64,000 bases of DNA from Octopus sinensis. Taxonomy: Eukaryota. Below are positions 12,076 through 25,084 of this stretch, one piece after another. Every line of letters begins with the position of its first letter. Position 1 is the first letter of the stretch. Under the pieces are notes generated by a model. It did not search any database, was not told the origin of the DNA, and saw only the letters and a list, made by a program, of their open reading frames with translations. A program made the translations under genes and the position numbers. The stretch is from the NCBI RefSeq assembly GCF_006345805.1, contig NC_042999.1, positions 13,144,001 through 13,208,000 on the forward strand, in the 5' to 3' direction.

Positions 12076-12199
12076 TGTGGTAAAGTTTCCTGCAGCGAAT
12101 TTTCATACGGTGAGTTTTCCTGCAGCAAAAATGTTTAAGGTGAATGTTCCTAGAACCGGTTCTATTTACCTGTAACTGTGGAAAAGAACTTATTCTCTT

Positions 12200-12291
12200 T
12201 ATTTACATTATTTACATTCAACGGATATTTGTCCTCATCTTGTTTGTTGATTGTTGAGGACAAATATCATCGAATGTAAATAATGTAAATA
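12200..12291. repeat. Short foldback, ~37 bp arms
   Basis: atttacattatttacattcaacggatatttgtcctca / tgaggacaaatatcatcgaatgtaaataatgtaaat. Confidence 0.8.
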
Positions 12292-12697
12292 ATGTACATA
12301 ATTCCTCATCTCTTAAATATAGAACCAACTTATTCGCTGTTAAACATCTCCTGCGTTAGTGTTTTCAACTGTAGCCTGAGCTGAATGAAATTTGAGTGAA
12401 TTTGATGGAAACTGAAAGAAGCCCATTGTGTGTGTTGTGCATGCACATCTGTTGTGTGTATGTATGCACGTGTGTGTCTGTTTGCATCTGTGCTTCATGA
12501 AAATTGCTTAAAATGTTGTTGTTGTTGTTGTTATTTCTTCTGTCAGCAAGTCCTTTGCTTGATTCAAGCCTTCAAAACCGAGTGAAATAAGAGATGTCTT
12601 GAAAAACCGATAGGATTTAGGGACAGGAAGAGCATCTAGCTGTGAAGTAATGCTTCAATAATGTATTCATCTAACCCATGCAAGCATGAAAAAAAAC

Positions 12698-13016
12698 GGC
12701 AGTCTGTCAGTTATGACAGTGAGGGTTCCAGTTGATCAGATCAACGGAAAACCCTGCTCGTGAAATTGATGTGCAATCAGCTGACCACACCACAGACATG
12801 TGTACCCTTATTGCAGTTCTCAGGAAGATTCAGTGTGATACAGAATGTGACAGGTCTGGTCCCTTTGAAATACAGGTACTATTTTATTTTGCTAGGTGAG
12901 TAGACTGGAGCAACATGAAATAAAGTGTCTTGCTCAAGGACTCAATATGCTGCCGGGAATTGAGCTCACGACCTTACAGTCATGAGCCGAATGCCCTAAC
13001 CACTAAGCCATGTGCT
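12698..13016 (-). mobile_element. tRNA/CORE-like headed SINE with C-type tail
   Basis: gagggttccagttgatc...gtgtcttgctcaagga...ccctaaccactaagccatgtgc. Confidence 0.8.
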
Positions 13017-13054
13017 TTTACTCAGCGTAGAAGAACAGACAGAAAATGAACAAA

Positions 13055-14022
13055 TGTAAGGCAGTGAGCTGGCAGAAACGTTAGCATGCTGGGTGAAATA
13101 CTTTGTGATATTTCGTCCGCCGCTGTGTTCTGAGTTCAAATTCCGGTGAGATTGACTTTGCCTTTGATCCTTTAGGGGTCGATTAAATAAATACCATTTA
13201 AACACTGGGGTCAATGTAATCAACTTAATCCGTTTGTCTGTCCTTGTTTGTCCCCTCTTTGTGTAGATCCTTGTAGGCAGTAAAGAAATAGGTATTTCAT
13301 CTGCTGCTAGGTTCTGAGTTCAAATTCCGCCGGGATCAACTTTACCTTTCATCCTTTTGGGGTCGATAAATTAAGTACCAGTTACACACTGGAGTCAATA
13401 TAATCAACTTAATCCGTTTGTCTGTCCTTATTTGTCCCCTCTGTATTTAGCCCCTTGTGGGTCGTAAAGAAATAAGTATTTCATCTGCCGCTAGGTTCTG
13501 AGTTCAAATTCCGCCGGGATCAACTTTACCTTTCATCCATTTGGGGTCGATAAATTAAGTACCAGTTAAACACTGGGGTCAATGTAATCAACTTAATCCG
13601 TTTGTCTGTCCTTGTTTGTCCCTTCTTTGTGTAGATCCTTGTGGGCAGTAAAGAAATAGGTATTTCGTCTGCTGCTACGTTCTGAGTTCAAATGCCGCCG
13701 AGGTCAACTTTGCCTTTCATCCCTTCGGGGTCAATTAAATAAGTACCAGTTATGCACTGGGGTCAATATAATCAACTTAACCCGTTTGTCTGTCCTTATT
13801 TGTCCCATCTGTGTGTAGCCCCTTGTGGGCAGTAAAGAAATAGGTATTTCATCTGCTGCTAGGTTCTGAGTTCAAATTCCGCCGAGATCAACTTTACCGT
13901 TCATCCTTTTGGGGTCGATAAATTAATTACCAGTTACGCACTGGGATCAATATAATCGACTTAATCCGTTTGTCATTGTTTGTCCCCTCTGTGTGTAACC
14001 CCTTGTGGGCAATAAAGAAATA
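13055..14022 (+). mobile_element. SINE-A pentamer: one head + 5 x 184 bp units
   Basis: Unit starts 13107, 13291, 13475, 13659, 13843; TSD agaaaatgaacaaa at 13041-13054 and 14023-14036. Confidence 0.9.
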
Positions 14023-14499
14023 AGAAAATGAACAAACGAAAGTGTGTATATGTGTGCATGTATGTGTCTAAGAAAGGCTTCAGTATAGTTCTCTGCAGTA
14101 TTAAATTCCAATATATGTTGGATATTTGTTTCATATTCTTTAAAATTCTTTAAAATTCCCCATTCCTTCCATTCTAATCTCTCTTGTGCCTGGGAAATGT
14201 TAGTCTAAGAAATGTCATTATCAACATGCAAACAAAAGTTTACTTGTGTATAAATTATTTCGGTCAGAAAATTATGGAACACTCGCTCACAAAATATTAT
14301 TGATTTTGCAGACATTTTATTCCTGCTGTATACTAAATATTGATTTGTACCAAATTCTTTTAAATATTGTTTCATATATATATATATATTAACAATGATT
14401 TTGTATTTTTTTCTTTGCAAAAATAATTCTGCCGGCATTATCCTCATGTTTGTCTTATATTGTTTCTACCGTATTCCATATTCCCTCCATTCTTCAACT

Positions 14500-14700
14500 A
14501 GAATATTCTCTGCCGATCTGTCTGTCATTTCAGAACTACGAGTATTTTCCCCCACCACTACTGCCACCGCCACCCACGCCCCTACCCCCTACCCTGCCCA
14601 GAGATCGATCTGTTCCAGTTCACGTGTTTGCGATACTTCTTTAGTAAAAGCAATCGCTCTCTCTGTTTTCTCAGAGTTGTATTATGTTTTTCTGTTACCG
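14500..14700. promoter_or_regulatory. Unique, C-rich/CpG-containing island; candidate cis-regulatory element or exon
   Basis: Not repeated in the window; CCACGCCCC (Sp/KLF-like), CACGTG E-box, acceptor-like tgtcatttcag at 14533. Confidence 0.25.
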
Positions 14701-15034
14701 ATGTTCTTAACAATCAATGTCTCCCACGCACTTGCTGAACATATATACACACACACACACATATATATATACATATATACATACACATATGCCACACTCT
14801 TATATACATGTAACTGTGTGTCTGTGTCTGTGTGTAGGTGGGTTATTCCACTTCACATGTTATCATACTTCGCTAGTAAAAGCAACCTCTTAGGATCATA
14901 GTATTTTTATTAGTACTACTAATAATCAATTTCTCCCACACACACATTGATAAGTGCCAGTGCACGAAACTCTCAGTCGCTGAGGCACTCTGTCGCTTCT
15001 GCTAACATTAATAAATTATAATCATTTTCATCAT

Positions 15035-15040
15035 CAATAT

Positions 15041-15075
<35 letters not shown>

Positions 15076-15193
15076 TTATATATATATATATATATATCTC
15101 ATATATATATCATCAGATATATAATATATATATAGTATATTATATATATCTCATATATATATCATCAGATATATATATATATATAATATATCC

Positions 15194-15224
<31 letters not shown>

Positions 15225-15420
15225 CTGATATTATATGAGATCATCATATATATCATCATGTATATATATATATATATATATATCTCTGATATATATATGA
15301 GATCATGTATATATATCATCATGTATATATATCATCATGTATATATATATCATCATATAAATGTATCTGTACATCCATGTTTGCATATAAATGTATGTAT
15401 GTGTACATATACACAGACGT
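15035..15420. repeat. (TA)n-derived complex microsatellite with atcatcatgtat subunits
   Basis: Direct inspection. Confidence 0.9.
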
Positions 15421-16075
15421 GTGTGTGTGATTGTGTGTGTTTTAATCTGTACTATTTCCTAATTATCATCATACTCTTTTTTGTTTTTCTCTTTCCTTCA
15501 TCATTATTACCACCATTATCCTCTTCAGATGTTGCAATGGTTGCTAAAAGCCTCTCAGCAAATTGATAATAGGTGTATTCCTGCACGTATGCCATGTGTT
15601 GCAGGCGGTGCTGTTGTACATCTTCATTGGTGCACACACACACTTGCAAAACAGCCTCTTAAACGTTCCTTTGCAGCTGCATATTTCGTTAGTTCCTACC
15701 ATCCTCCTCTGCGTTCTTTATGCTTTCCCTCTCTCCTGGCTTTCTTGTGGAAGCACAAAGCAGTATAGCTTCTCTCACAAAGGTTCAATCTATCTGACCC
15801 TGCTACATACCAACACCTTTCGCTTATTGTTTTTAACCTCTTAGATGTAATGGGGACTGCTGTATACAGACAACTCTTTATTTTATGTATGTATGTATGT
15901 ACATATGATGTATATATATATATATATATATACGGGTGTGTGTGATTGTGTATAGAAGAATACAGTTTGCAAAACCTAGCAATCTGGAGCCTACACAGCT
16001 GTATTTAAGGCACAGATTCAATCATCTCGCTACAGTCAAAAATTGTGAAGCATGACTGTCACCACTACTACTACA

Positions 16076-16120
16076 TGAACCTGAAGATTGCAGAATTTAA
16101 TGTATGAAAGTACTAGTTCA
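16076..16120 (+). ncRNA. Minimal type I hammerhead motif in a probable Penelope-like terminal repeat
   Basis: tgaac-CTGAAGA-t-tgca gaatttaa tgta-t-GAAA-g ta c-TA-gttca; stem III palindrome AGTACT; AATAAA a few nt downstream. Confidence 0.6.
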
Positions 16121-16351
16121 ATCAGAATAAACATTTAACATTCTATTATTTTATTTTATTTTATTTTATTATATTATCTTATATCATTATAAGATTGTAA
16201 ATAAAACGTGAAAATCAGACAAGGTTGGAATTCCTTTTATTAATATATACATATATATATATATATACACACACATATATATATATATATCAGCATGGGA
16301 ATAGAGGATGTTAAATGATGATGCTATGTATATGTGTATATATATATGTAT

Positions 16352-16745
16352 ACTCTTTTACTCTCTTACTTGTTTCAGTCCTTTGACTGTGGCCATGTTG
16401 GAGCACCGCCTTTAGTCAAGCAAATCGACCCCAGGACTTATCTTTGTAAGCCTAGTGCTTATTCTATCAGTCTCTTTTGACGAACTGCTAAGTCACGGGG
16501 ACGTAAACACACCACCATCGGTGTATATATATATATACACACACATGCGTGTGTGTGTATGCATGTGTGTATATGTTTGTGTGTCTGTGTTTGTTCCCCC
16601 AAATATATACATACATATATACGACGGGCTTCTTTCAGTTTCTGTCTATCAAATCCACTTACAAGGCTTTGGTCGGCTATAGCAGAAGACACTTGCCCAG
16701 GGTGCCACGCAGCGGGACTGAACCCGGAACCACACAGCCACTCCT
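16352..16745 (-). mobile_element. SINE-B, near full length
   Basis: Colinear with other B copies. Confidence 0.85.
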
Positions 16746-16787
16746 AGCATGGAAAGAGAATGTAAGTTGACGATATATATATAAACC

Positions 16788-17141
16788 GTGGCACACCATC
16801 AGTTACTATGATGAAGGTTCCAGTTGTTCCGATCAGCCTGCTCATGAAATTAACGTGTGGCTGAGCACTCCACAGGCACGTCTACCCTTAATGTAGTTCT
16901 CGGGAAGATTCGGCGTGACACAGAGTGTGACAAGGCTGGCCCTTTTGAAATAGAGGTACAACTGAAACAGGAAGAAAGAGTGAGAGAAAGTTGTGGTGAA
17001 AGAGTACGACAGGGTTCGCCACCCCCTGCAGAAACCTCGTGGAGCTTTATGGTGTTTTTGCTCACAACACCCAGTCTGGGAATAGAAACTGCAATGTTAT
17101 GACCATGAGTCTGCTGCCCTAACCAGTGGGCCACTTGACCT
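16788..17141 (-). mobile_element. SINE-C
   Basis: Reverse complement of 44899-45274. Confidence 0.85.
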
Positions 17142-17174
<33 letters not shown>

Positions 17175-17175
<1 letters not shown>

Positions 17176-17408
17176 GAGACCAGCGAGCTAGCAGAATTGT
17201 TTCTACACTGGGCAAAATGCTTAGCAGTATTTAATATGCTGTTACGTTCTGAGTTCAAATTCCGCCAAAGTCAACTTTGCATTTCCTCTTTTCGAGGTCG
17301 ATTTAATAAGTACCAGTTATGCTCTGGGGATAAATGTAATCAACTTAATCCCTTTGTCCTTGTTTGTCCCCTCTACGCTAAACTCCCTGTGGGCAATAAA
17401 GAAATAAA
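17175..17408 (+). mobile_element. SINE-A monomer
   Basis: cgagctagcagaatt...gttctgagttcaaattccgcc...gggcaataaagaaata. Confidence 0.8.
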
Positions 17409-17410
17409 TA

Positions 17411-17446
<36 letters not shown>

Positions 17447-17629
17447 TGTATTGATGTGTGTGCTTGTGTATGTATATATATATATATCGATATGTATAAA
17501 CATATATATCGATATATATAATATATATATATATTATATATATATATATATAAATTGATGCATGTGTGTATATACATATATATATATATATATATACACC
17601 TATATAATATATTGATGTGTGTGTGTGCT

Positions 17630-17672
<43 letters not shown>

Positions 17673-17676
<4 letters not shown>

Positions 17677-17788
17677 AAAATTTGACTGCCAATGTATATT
17701 GGATTTGTGTGTGAGTGTACATACATTATATATATATAATGTACACTCACACACAAATCTAATATACATTGGCAGTCAAATTTTCAAT
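17673..17788. repeat. Near-perfect palindrome, ~50 bp stem
   Basis: attgaaaatttgactgccaatgtatattggatttgtgtgtgagtgtacat and its reverse complement with 1 difference. Confidence 0.9.
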
Positions 17789-19019
17789 GAATATTTATTT
17801 GATTATGTATATAGAAAACTTACTGCATGTATATTAGTCTGCTTTTCGTGACTGAATTTTATTACAAAAATTATGCAGATTGCTTTTGTTTTCGTTAACA
17901 ATTAGATAAAGAAGTGATTAAGATGGGTGATGGGGAAAAAAAATGGCTTTCCATTTTACAGTTTAAATATTCTTCATTGATAGGTGAAGGCATGGTAGGA
18001 AGGTCACTTGTTAACCATGTGGTTTCAGGTTCAGTCCCACAGTCCGACCATGGGGCTTCTTGGGCAAGTGTCTTACTATAGCCCAAGGCTGACTACTGCC
18101 TTAAGCGGAAACTGTGTGGAAGCCCATCATGTGTGTGTGTCTGCAAGGATGTATCTTTGTATTTGTCTCTTGACTGCTTAACAATTTGTGTTGGCTTGCT
18201 TACTTCTCTCTAACATAGCAGTTTGTCAAAAGAGATTGATACAGTACATACCAAACATATATTTTTTTCTTTTGAATATTCCCAGGGGTCAATTTGTTTG
18301 ACTAAACCCTTGAAGGTAGTGCCCCAGCCTGGCCACAGTCCAGTAAACTGAAGCTAGTAAAATATAAAAAATTTAAGATTAAGAATGTAAGAACATATAT
18401 CACAGCAAATTGGCTGAGTCATTAGAGTGTCAGATAAATCTATAATGGCTCTCTGTGTCCTGAGTTCAATTCATGCCAAGGTCAACTTCTATTTTTCATC
18501 CTTTCGGGTTTCATAATTAAAGAACCAGTTACAGATAGTGATTTAGCAGAATTGCTAGACATCAAATGGGATATTTTGCAATATCCATTAGGATGCTGTG
18601 CATCCATCCTCATCATCATCATCATCATCATCATCATTTAATGTCCATGTTCCCTATAATTGTGATCCCCTTGGCTTTACATAGATTCGTGCCAAATGAG
18701 TGCATTGTGGTCAACGATTATGTTCAGACATTTATTAGCTGGTGATGCTGTTACAGAGTGCCATCACATGGTCAGAGCTAAGGGCCTTTTTCAAACGCAA
18801 TATTTTGAATAAGGCCTGTGTTTGGTATATTTCGTGAACCCAGGGGCCAAAACAAGTTGTCAAACAATGGTGAGGGACAAATACCGAGACATAAATACAC
18901 ACGCACACACAAGCGCATGTATACACACACACACACACACACACACCACACACACACACACATATATACATATAATAATAGAAGGAAAAAGAAGGTAAAA
19001 GTATAAATAAAATGTCCAT

Positions 19020-19430
19020 AGGCATAGGAGTGGCTTTGTGGTAAGTAGCTTGCTTACCAACCACATGGTTCCGGGTTCAGTCCCACTGTATGGCACCTTG
19101 GGTAAGTGTCTTCTACTATAGCCTCGAGCCGACCAAAGCCTTGTGAGTGGATTTGGTAGATGGAAACTGAAAGAAGCCCGTCGTATATATGTATATGTGT
19201 ATATATATATATGTGTGTGTTTGTGTGTCTGTGCTTGTTCTCCCAACATCGCTTGACAACCGATGCTAGTGTGTTTATGTCTCTGTAACTTAGCGGTTTG
19301 GCAAAAGAGACTGATAGAATAAGTACTAGGCTTACAAAGAAGAAGTCCTGGGGTCGATTTGCTTGACTAAAGGCGGTGCTCCAGCATGGCCACAGTCAAT
19401 TGGCTGAAACAAGTAAAAGAGTAAAAGAGT
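19020..19430 (+). mobile_element. SINE-B, full length
   Basis: aggcataggagtggctttgtggtaag...(gtaaaaga)n tail. Confidence 0.9.
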
Positions 19431-19693
19431 AATGTTCCCTGCTGGCACAATTATGGTTTGACTAAATCTGTCAGGTCTTAAAGATTGCATCATAGCCCAG
19501 TGTGGGATTGAACCTGCAACCATGTAGTTGGAATGCAAGCTTGTAAACCACACAGTGACAGACTTATATGATAGTGAGAAATGTCATTAAAATGGTACGT
19601 GACACAAAGACGCCTTGTAATAACCATTCCACTCGAGTTACACAAACGTTCTTTTGTTATGTCACTCTGTACAGCATTATTTATTATCACAAG

Positions 19694-20310
19694 AAAGGCA
19701 GCAAGCTGGCAGAATCGTTAGCACGCCGGGCGAAATGCTTAGTGGTATTTCGTCAGCCATTACATTCCGAGTTCAAATTCTGCCGCGGTCGACTTTGCCT
19801 TTCATCCTTTCGGGGTTGATTAAATAAGTACCAGTTAAGCACTGGAGTCGATATAATCAACTTAATCCATTTGTCTGTCCTTCTTTGTCCTCTCTGTGTT
19901 TAGGCCCTTGTGGGTAGTAAAGAAATAGGTATTTCATCTGCCGTTACGTTCTGAGTTCAAATTCCGCCGAGGTCGACTTTGCCTTTCATGCTTTCAGGGT
20001 CAATAAATTAAGTACCAGTTATGCACTGGAGTCGATATAATCGACTTAATCCCTTTGTCTGTCCTTGTTTGTCCCCTCTATGTTTAGCCCCTTCTGGGGA
20101 ATAAAGAAATAAGAAACGTTGGCATGCTGGACGAAATGCTTAGTAGTATTTCGCCTGTCGCTATGTTTTGAGTTCAAATTCAGCCAGGGTTGACTTGGGC
20201 TTTCATCCTTTCGGGGGTGATAAATTAAGTACCAGTTGTGCACTGGGGTTGATATAATCGATTATTCCCTCTCCCCCAAATTTCAGACTTTGTGCCTATA
20301 GGAGAAAAGA
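19694..20310 (+). mobile_element. SINE-A multimer: head + 2 units + partial head + alternative-tail unit
   Basis: Junction gtaaagaaataggtatttc at ~19928; aagaaataagaaacgttggca at ~20112. Confidence 0.85.
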
Positions 20311-20364
20311 CTATTTATTGTCACAAGACTGAATACTTACATCTATGATGAAACAGAAGCACTG

Positions 20365-20695
20365 TGTGGTAAGAAGTTTTCCTCACAACCACATGGTTCT
20401 GGGTTCAATTCCATGGTGTGCCACACCCAGGGCAAATGTTTTTTGTAATAGCTCTGGGCCAACCAAAGCCTTGCAAGTGGATTCAGTAGATGGAAACTGA
20501 AAGAAGCGCATCCTCCCAACATTGCTTGACAACCGATGCTGGTGTGTTTACGTCCCCGTAACTTAGCGGTTTGGAAAAAGTGACCGATAGAATAAGTACT
20601 AGGCTTACAAAGAATAAGTCCTGGAGTCGATTTGTTTGAATAAAGGCGGTGCTCCAGCATGGCCGCAGTCAAATGACTGAAACAATTAAAAGAGT
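20365..20695 (+). mobile_element. SINE-B lacking the internal microsatellite
   Basis: ggaaactgaaagaagcgc joined directly to ctcccaacattgcttgacaacc. Confidence 0.8.
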
Positions 20696-22859
20696 AACCA
20701 GAAGGAATGCTGCTAAGCATTTTGTCTGATATTTCATTTCATTTCATTTCATTTGGGTTTGAGTCCATGCTCAGGCCAAGTCGAAGACTCCACCCTCAGA
20801 GTCTGGTGTGGTTGCCAGGTTGTATTCTCTGCTTAAATTTGACATGTGTAGGAGCGAGTTTGAGTCAGTTTGTGCTCGTTGTGTATATCCTGGGAGATGG
20901 GGTTCATCTCTAATGGTAATAATTTTGCCAGCTCTTCACCTCATCTTATACTTTTCCACTTTTTAATATTGCTAGGAAACATTGATTAAAATAATCCTAG
21001 ATACACCATATCCTAAAATAAATAAATAAAGGACAGGATAGTCACAGTTTGAACACCTTTGACCGTTAGTTAGGTCAAAGAATGACCTCAATCTAAACAG
21101 CAATAAAAATCCTTCTTGGTTCACCAAGATATTGACAATAAACTATTGTATATAATTAGGAAATGCCAGCTGAGATAGATTGATGTCCTGTCCCAGGAGA
21201 CAGATACCATTAATTTTTTTGGTGCCAATAAGAACCTAAATCAGAGCAACTACCAGAAGTTAGACATACTTTTCTGTTAATACACTGGCATGAAAAAAAA
21301 ATGGACAAAAAATAGCAAAAAGCAAAATAATAATAAAAAGACTTTTAAATTGCTTTGGTCTACATTTTTATCTCAGTTTGATAAATATGAACAAATCACG
21401 CAACAGGATGTCATGTGTATTGTAATGGAAGTGATTCCCAGTTACATAAATGTTCTATGTCCCATTTAGATAAAAGTATAAATTAGTTCAAATCGGTTCC
21501 TACAGTGCTAAGGCGAAATATATTTAGACTATACACTTAGAGCATCGTGGAAACAAAATAAATCATAGCAGTTTCTCATTTTCTTTTTATTCTCTTAGTT
21601 TGACCTTTGCACATTAAAGTAGTACTGTTCTCATATATTATATTATTATTATTATTATATTATTATTATTATTATTATTATTATTATCATCATCATCATC
21701 ATGACATCTACTTTTCCATACATGCATGGATTGTAATAAATTTATTGAGACAGATTTTTTACATCCAGATGCTCTTCCTGCTTGCAACCCTTATCTGTTT
21801 CCTAGCAAGATAATATTTCTCCACTGCTATATATATATATATATAGTAATAATAATTATAATCCCTAATTAAAACACTGGATGATGAGCGATTGCGAAAT
21901 CATTTTTTTCAGAATAGTGGTTCTCAAAGTGCATAGACACAGATATAAATAATAGCTGGTCAAACGCAGCCCATGACTGTTCTATCCAAAAGGCTTTTTC
22001 AACCCAATAATTATATGATATTATTTATAGCATTATGTGCTTCAAGATTCACTGTTCCAAAAATCAATTATTTCATATTCTCTCAAAAGTTTATAAATTG
22101 ACCAGTTTAAGGGTCAATAGTTTGTGATTGTGTCCTTTGTAAATATACTTTACTCTCTATGACCCAATGTGGACAACAGTAAATGGTGGTCTGTATCTTG
22201 GACATAGCAGTTTCCATTGTAGCCTGTAAGGTTGCCGAAGGAAAACTGAACATTTTTGTTATGAACAAAACATTCTGAGTGGGAAAACCTCTGATGCAGA
22301 GAATACGCTACGCAAAATGAGGCAGGTAGTTTTTTCTTGGAGTTATTTGTGTCAAAAACCTGTTGCTACGTTAGATGGAGGGATGCCTCTGATTAAGAAA
22401 TGTCACGTAGTCGATTCTGTTTATCGCTCATTAACGAGATAAATGAATTACTAATTGATTGACTCACAAGGTCAACTAACAACACTGCTGCTACTTACAG
22501 CAGTTTCTGTAAATACCTTAATGATCAGAGATGTATGGAACACACACACACACACACACACTGATGCTAATTGCTCAAAGATGCCATCGACCCCAAACAC
22601 AAACAATTAACGAAGTATACAGATATTTTATTCAGAGCCTCAAAAATCTAATAATAATTACCAACGTGATGAAGCAGGGTGAGCATTATTAGCTCATTGC
22701 TTAATATTTACGCAGTAGTTTCCAGCAGCCTTAATTCATATATATATATATATATATGTAAGTTCAGCAAAATTTAGATTCAGATGAATATGGTACTTAA
22801 GTTAAAGGCACCAGAATTTTGTATGGTATTATCCATATAAATCAAATGGGGTGATTATA

Positions 22860-23094
22860 ATCAAAATAAGCAACAAGGATATCCAAGGTAGAGTAGTACA
22901 ATTGTTTCGTGCTACTTCATTTTATTAAACACTGTAAGTATTACATCAGTTTTAAAATGTAGAGCAATCTTCTATATGTGGTTGAAGATTGCTCAACATT
23001 TTAAAACTGATGTAATACTTAGTGTTTAATAAAATGAAGTAGCATGAAACAATTGTACTACACTACCTTGGATATCTTTGTTGCTTATTTTGAT
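22860..23094. repeat. Long foldback, ~112 bp arms, 11 nt loop
   Basis: atcaaaataagcaac...gagcaatcttc tatatgtggtt gaagattgctc...gttgcttattttgat; about 5 mismatches and one 2 nt indel. Confidence 0.9.
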
Positions 23095-23979
23095 ATATAT
23101 ATATATATATATATATATTCACAGGTATGACTGTTTTGCTTCACAACCATATGGTCGTGGGTTCAGTCCTGCTGCAAGGCAGCTTGGGGAAGATTATTTT
23201 ACCATAGCCTTGAGCCAGCCAAAGCCTTGTGATAGAATTTGGTTGACAGAAAATTTGTGGAAGCTCATTGTGTATGTGTGTGTGTGCATGCATGTTTTTG
23301 AGTTTGTGCATCACCCTGCTAGATAACCAGTGTTGTTTTGTTTACATCCCCATAACTTAGTGGTTTGGTCAAAAGAAACTGAGAGAAGTGCCAGACTTGA
23401 AATAAGTATAGGGGTTGATTTGTTCATGTTAAACTTCCTAGGTTGTCACATTCTGTGTCACGCTGAATCTCATTGAGGCTTACATTAAGAGTGCATATGT
23501 CTGTGGAATTCTCAGCTACTTTGCTCGTACTTAACTGTCACTTTCCACAAGGATGGTGTCTCTAAGCAATAATTAATCTCAGAGTTTTTTTTTTTACTAT
23601 TTTTTCTATAATATTCTATACTTCACTAACTTTGCAAAGTATTGTAATGTCTTCACTTCTTTACATCTCCGTTACTCTCAGAAATGGTTAGAATGAAACA
23701 AATCAATGAGTTATGTTCCCCACTTCTTACTATATTCGTATTTCTCATTAGATTTCTGAACAGGGTAATGAGCAAACCATTTGAAAAACATACATTAAGC
23801 ATTTGACATTGTAATTGCTTTTATAATTTGTTCCAGAACAATCCTGGGAAGCTCCATTATCACCAGCATATAAATGGATGCCCCTTTGATTTGAAACCAA
23901 GTGATAAGTACCAACACACAAAACTCTCAGACCTTGAGTCACTCTGTAGCTTCTGCCAACTGTCAATAATTGTGTGTGT

Positions 23980-24470
23980 ATAAGGCGGCGAGCTGGTGGA
24001 AATGTTAGCACACCGGGCAAAATGTTTAACAGTGTTTTGTCTGTCTTTATGTTCTGACTGTAAATTCCGCTGAGGTCAACTTTGCCTTTCATTCTTTCAG
24101 GGTCAGTAAATTAAGCACCAGTTGTGTACTGGGGTCGATCTAATCGACTGGCCCCCTCCCCCAAAATTTTGGGCCTTGTGCCTAGAATAGAAAAGGACAT
24201 TTGGCAGTGAGCTGGCAGAAACGTTAGCATGCCGGGCAAAATGATTAGTGGTGTTTCGTCTGTCTATATGTTCTGAGTTCAAATTCCACTGAGATCAACT
24301 TTGCATTTCATCCTTTCAGGATCGATAAATTGCTGGTTGCATACTGAGATCAATTTAATCGACTGGCCCCCTCCCCCAAAATTTCAGGCCTTGTGCCTAG
24401 AGTAGAAAAGAATATTTGGCGGTGAGCTGGCAGAAACGTTAGCACCAGGCGAAATGCTTAGCAGGTACTT
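23980..24470 (+). mobile_element. Two tandem SINE-A alternative-tail monomers plus a third head
   Basis: Heads at ~23982, ~24203, ~24419; tails ending agaatagaaaag / agagtagaaaag. Confidence 0.85.
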
Positions 24471-25084
24471 GTCAAACCCTCCAACCGATGCCAGCATGGA
24501 AAATAAACTTTAAATGATGATAATGATAATGATGATTTATTTATGATAGTATAGTTTTCTATCTGGACAGATTATCATTCAAAACCATCTCTTAAATATT
24601 CTGTCTATCAAGTGTTGACATTGGATTTCCTGAGAAGAATTCTACTCATTTCAAGACTTAGTATTAGATAAATCTGATCTTGAAAGGTTAATGAACAGAT
24701 TTTACCTATTCTACTAGTGCTAGAAAAGCCATAAAATAAAAATTAAAAAAACAGGGGGTGGGGAAAATTCTTTGATTTTTCAGCCTAGCAAGTGTTAAGC
24801 TATTTTTTAAAAATTTTTTTAAAATTTTACATAATACAAACAGTGGCGCTGTTTATAATACTGAGAATAATTTGCAATATAGACGGCTCCGGTATATTCA
24901 TGTTTCTGCAAGTGAATGCTTAGTTTATGCTTTTGAAAATCTTCGTGACTTCTTCAACTCTTCTACAATTTCAGTATAAACAAGTTAAGTTGGTTTGTTT
25001 GTTAAGTTTAGTCTTTCGGCCTGGCGCTGCATGCTGATATAAATGTTACCAGACTATGCTACTCCATGTGAGAGAGTGGGGTGG

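Noticed and set aside
13107-14022. 184 bp arrays as CRISPR or rDNA/5S units
   Set aside because: The units are whole SINE bodies with a TSD, with no spacers and no 5S similarity that I can recognise.
21870-21900. Hammerhead-like ATGATGA-gc gatt gc-GAAA
   Set aside because: C3 is missing and there is no stem I or III; too degenerate to call.
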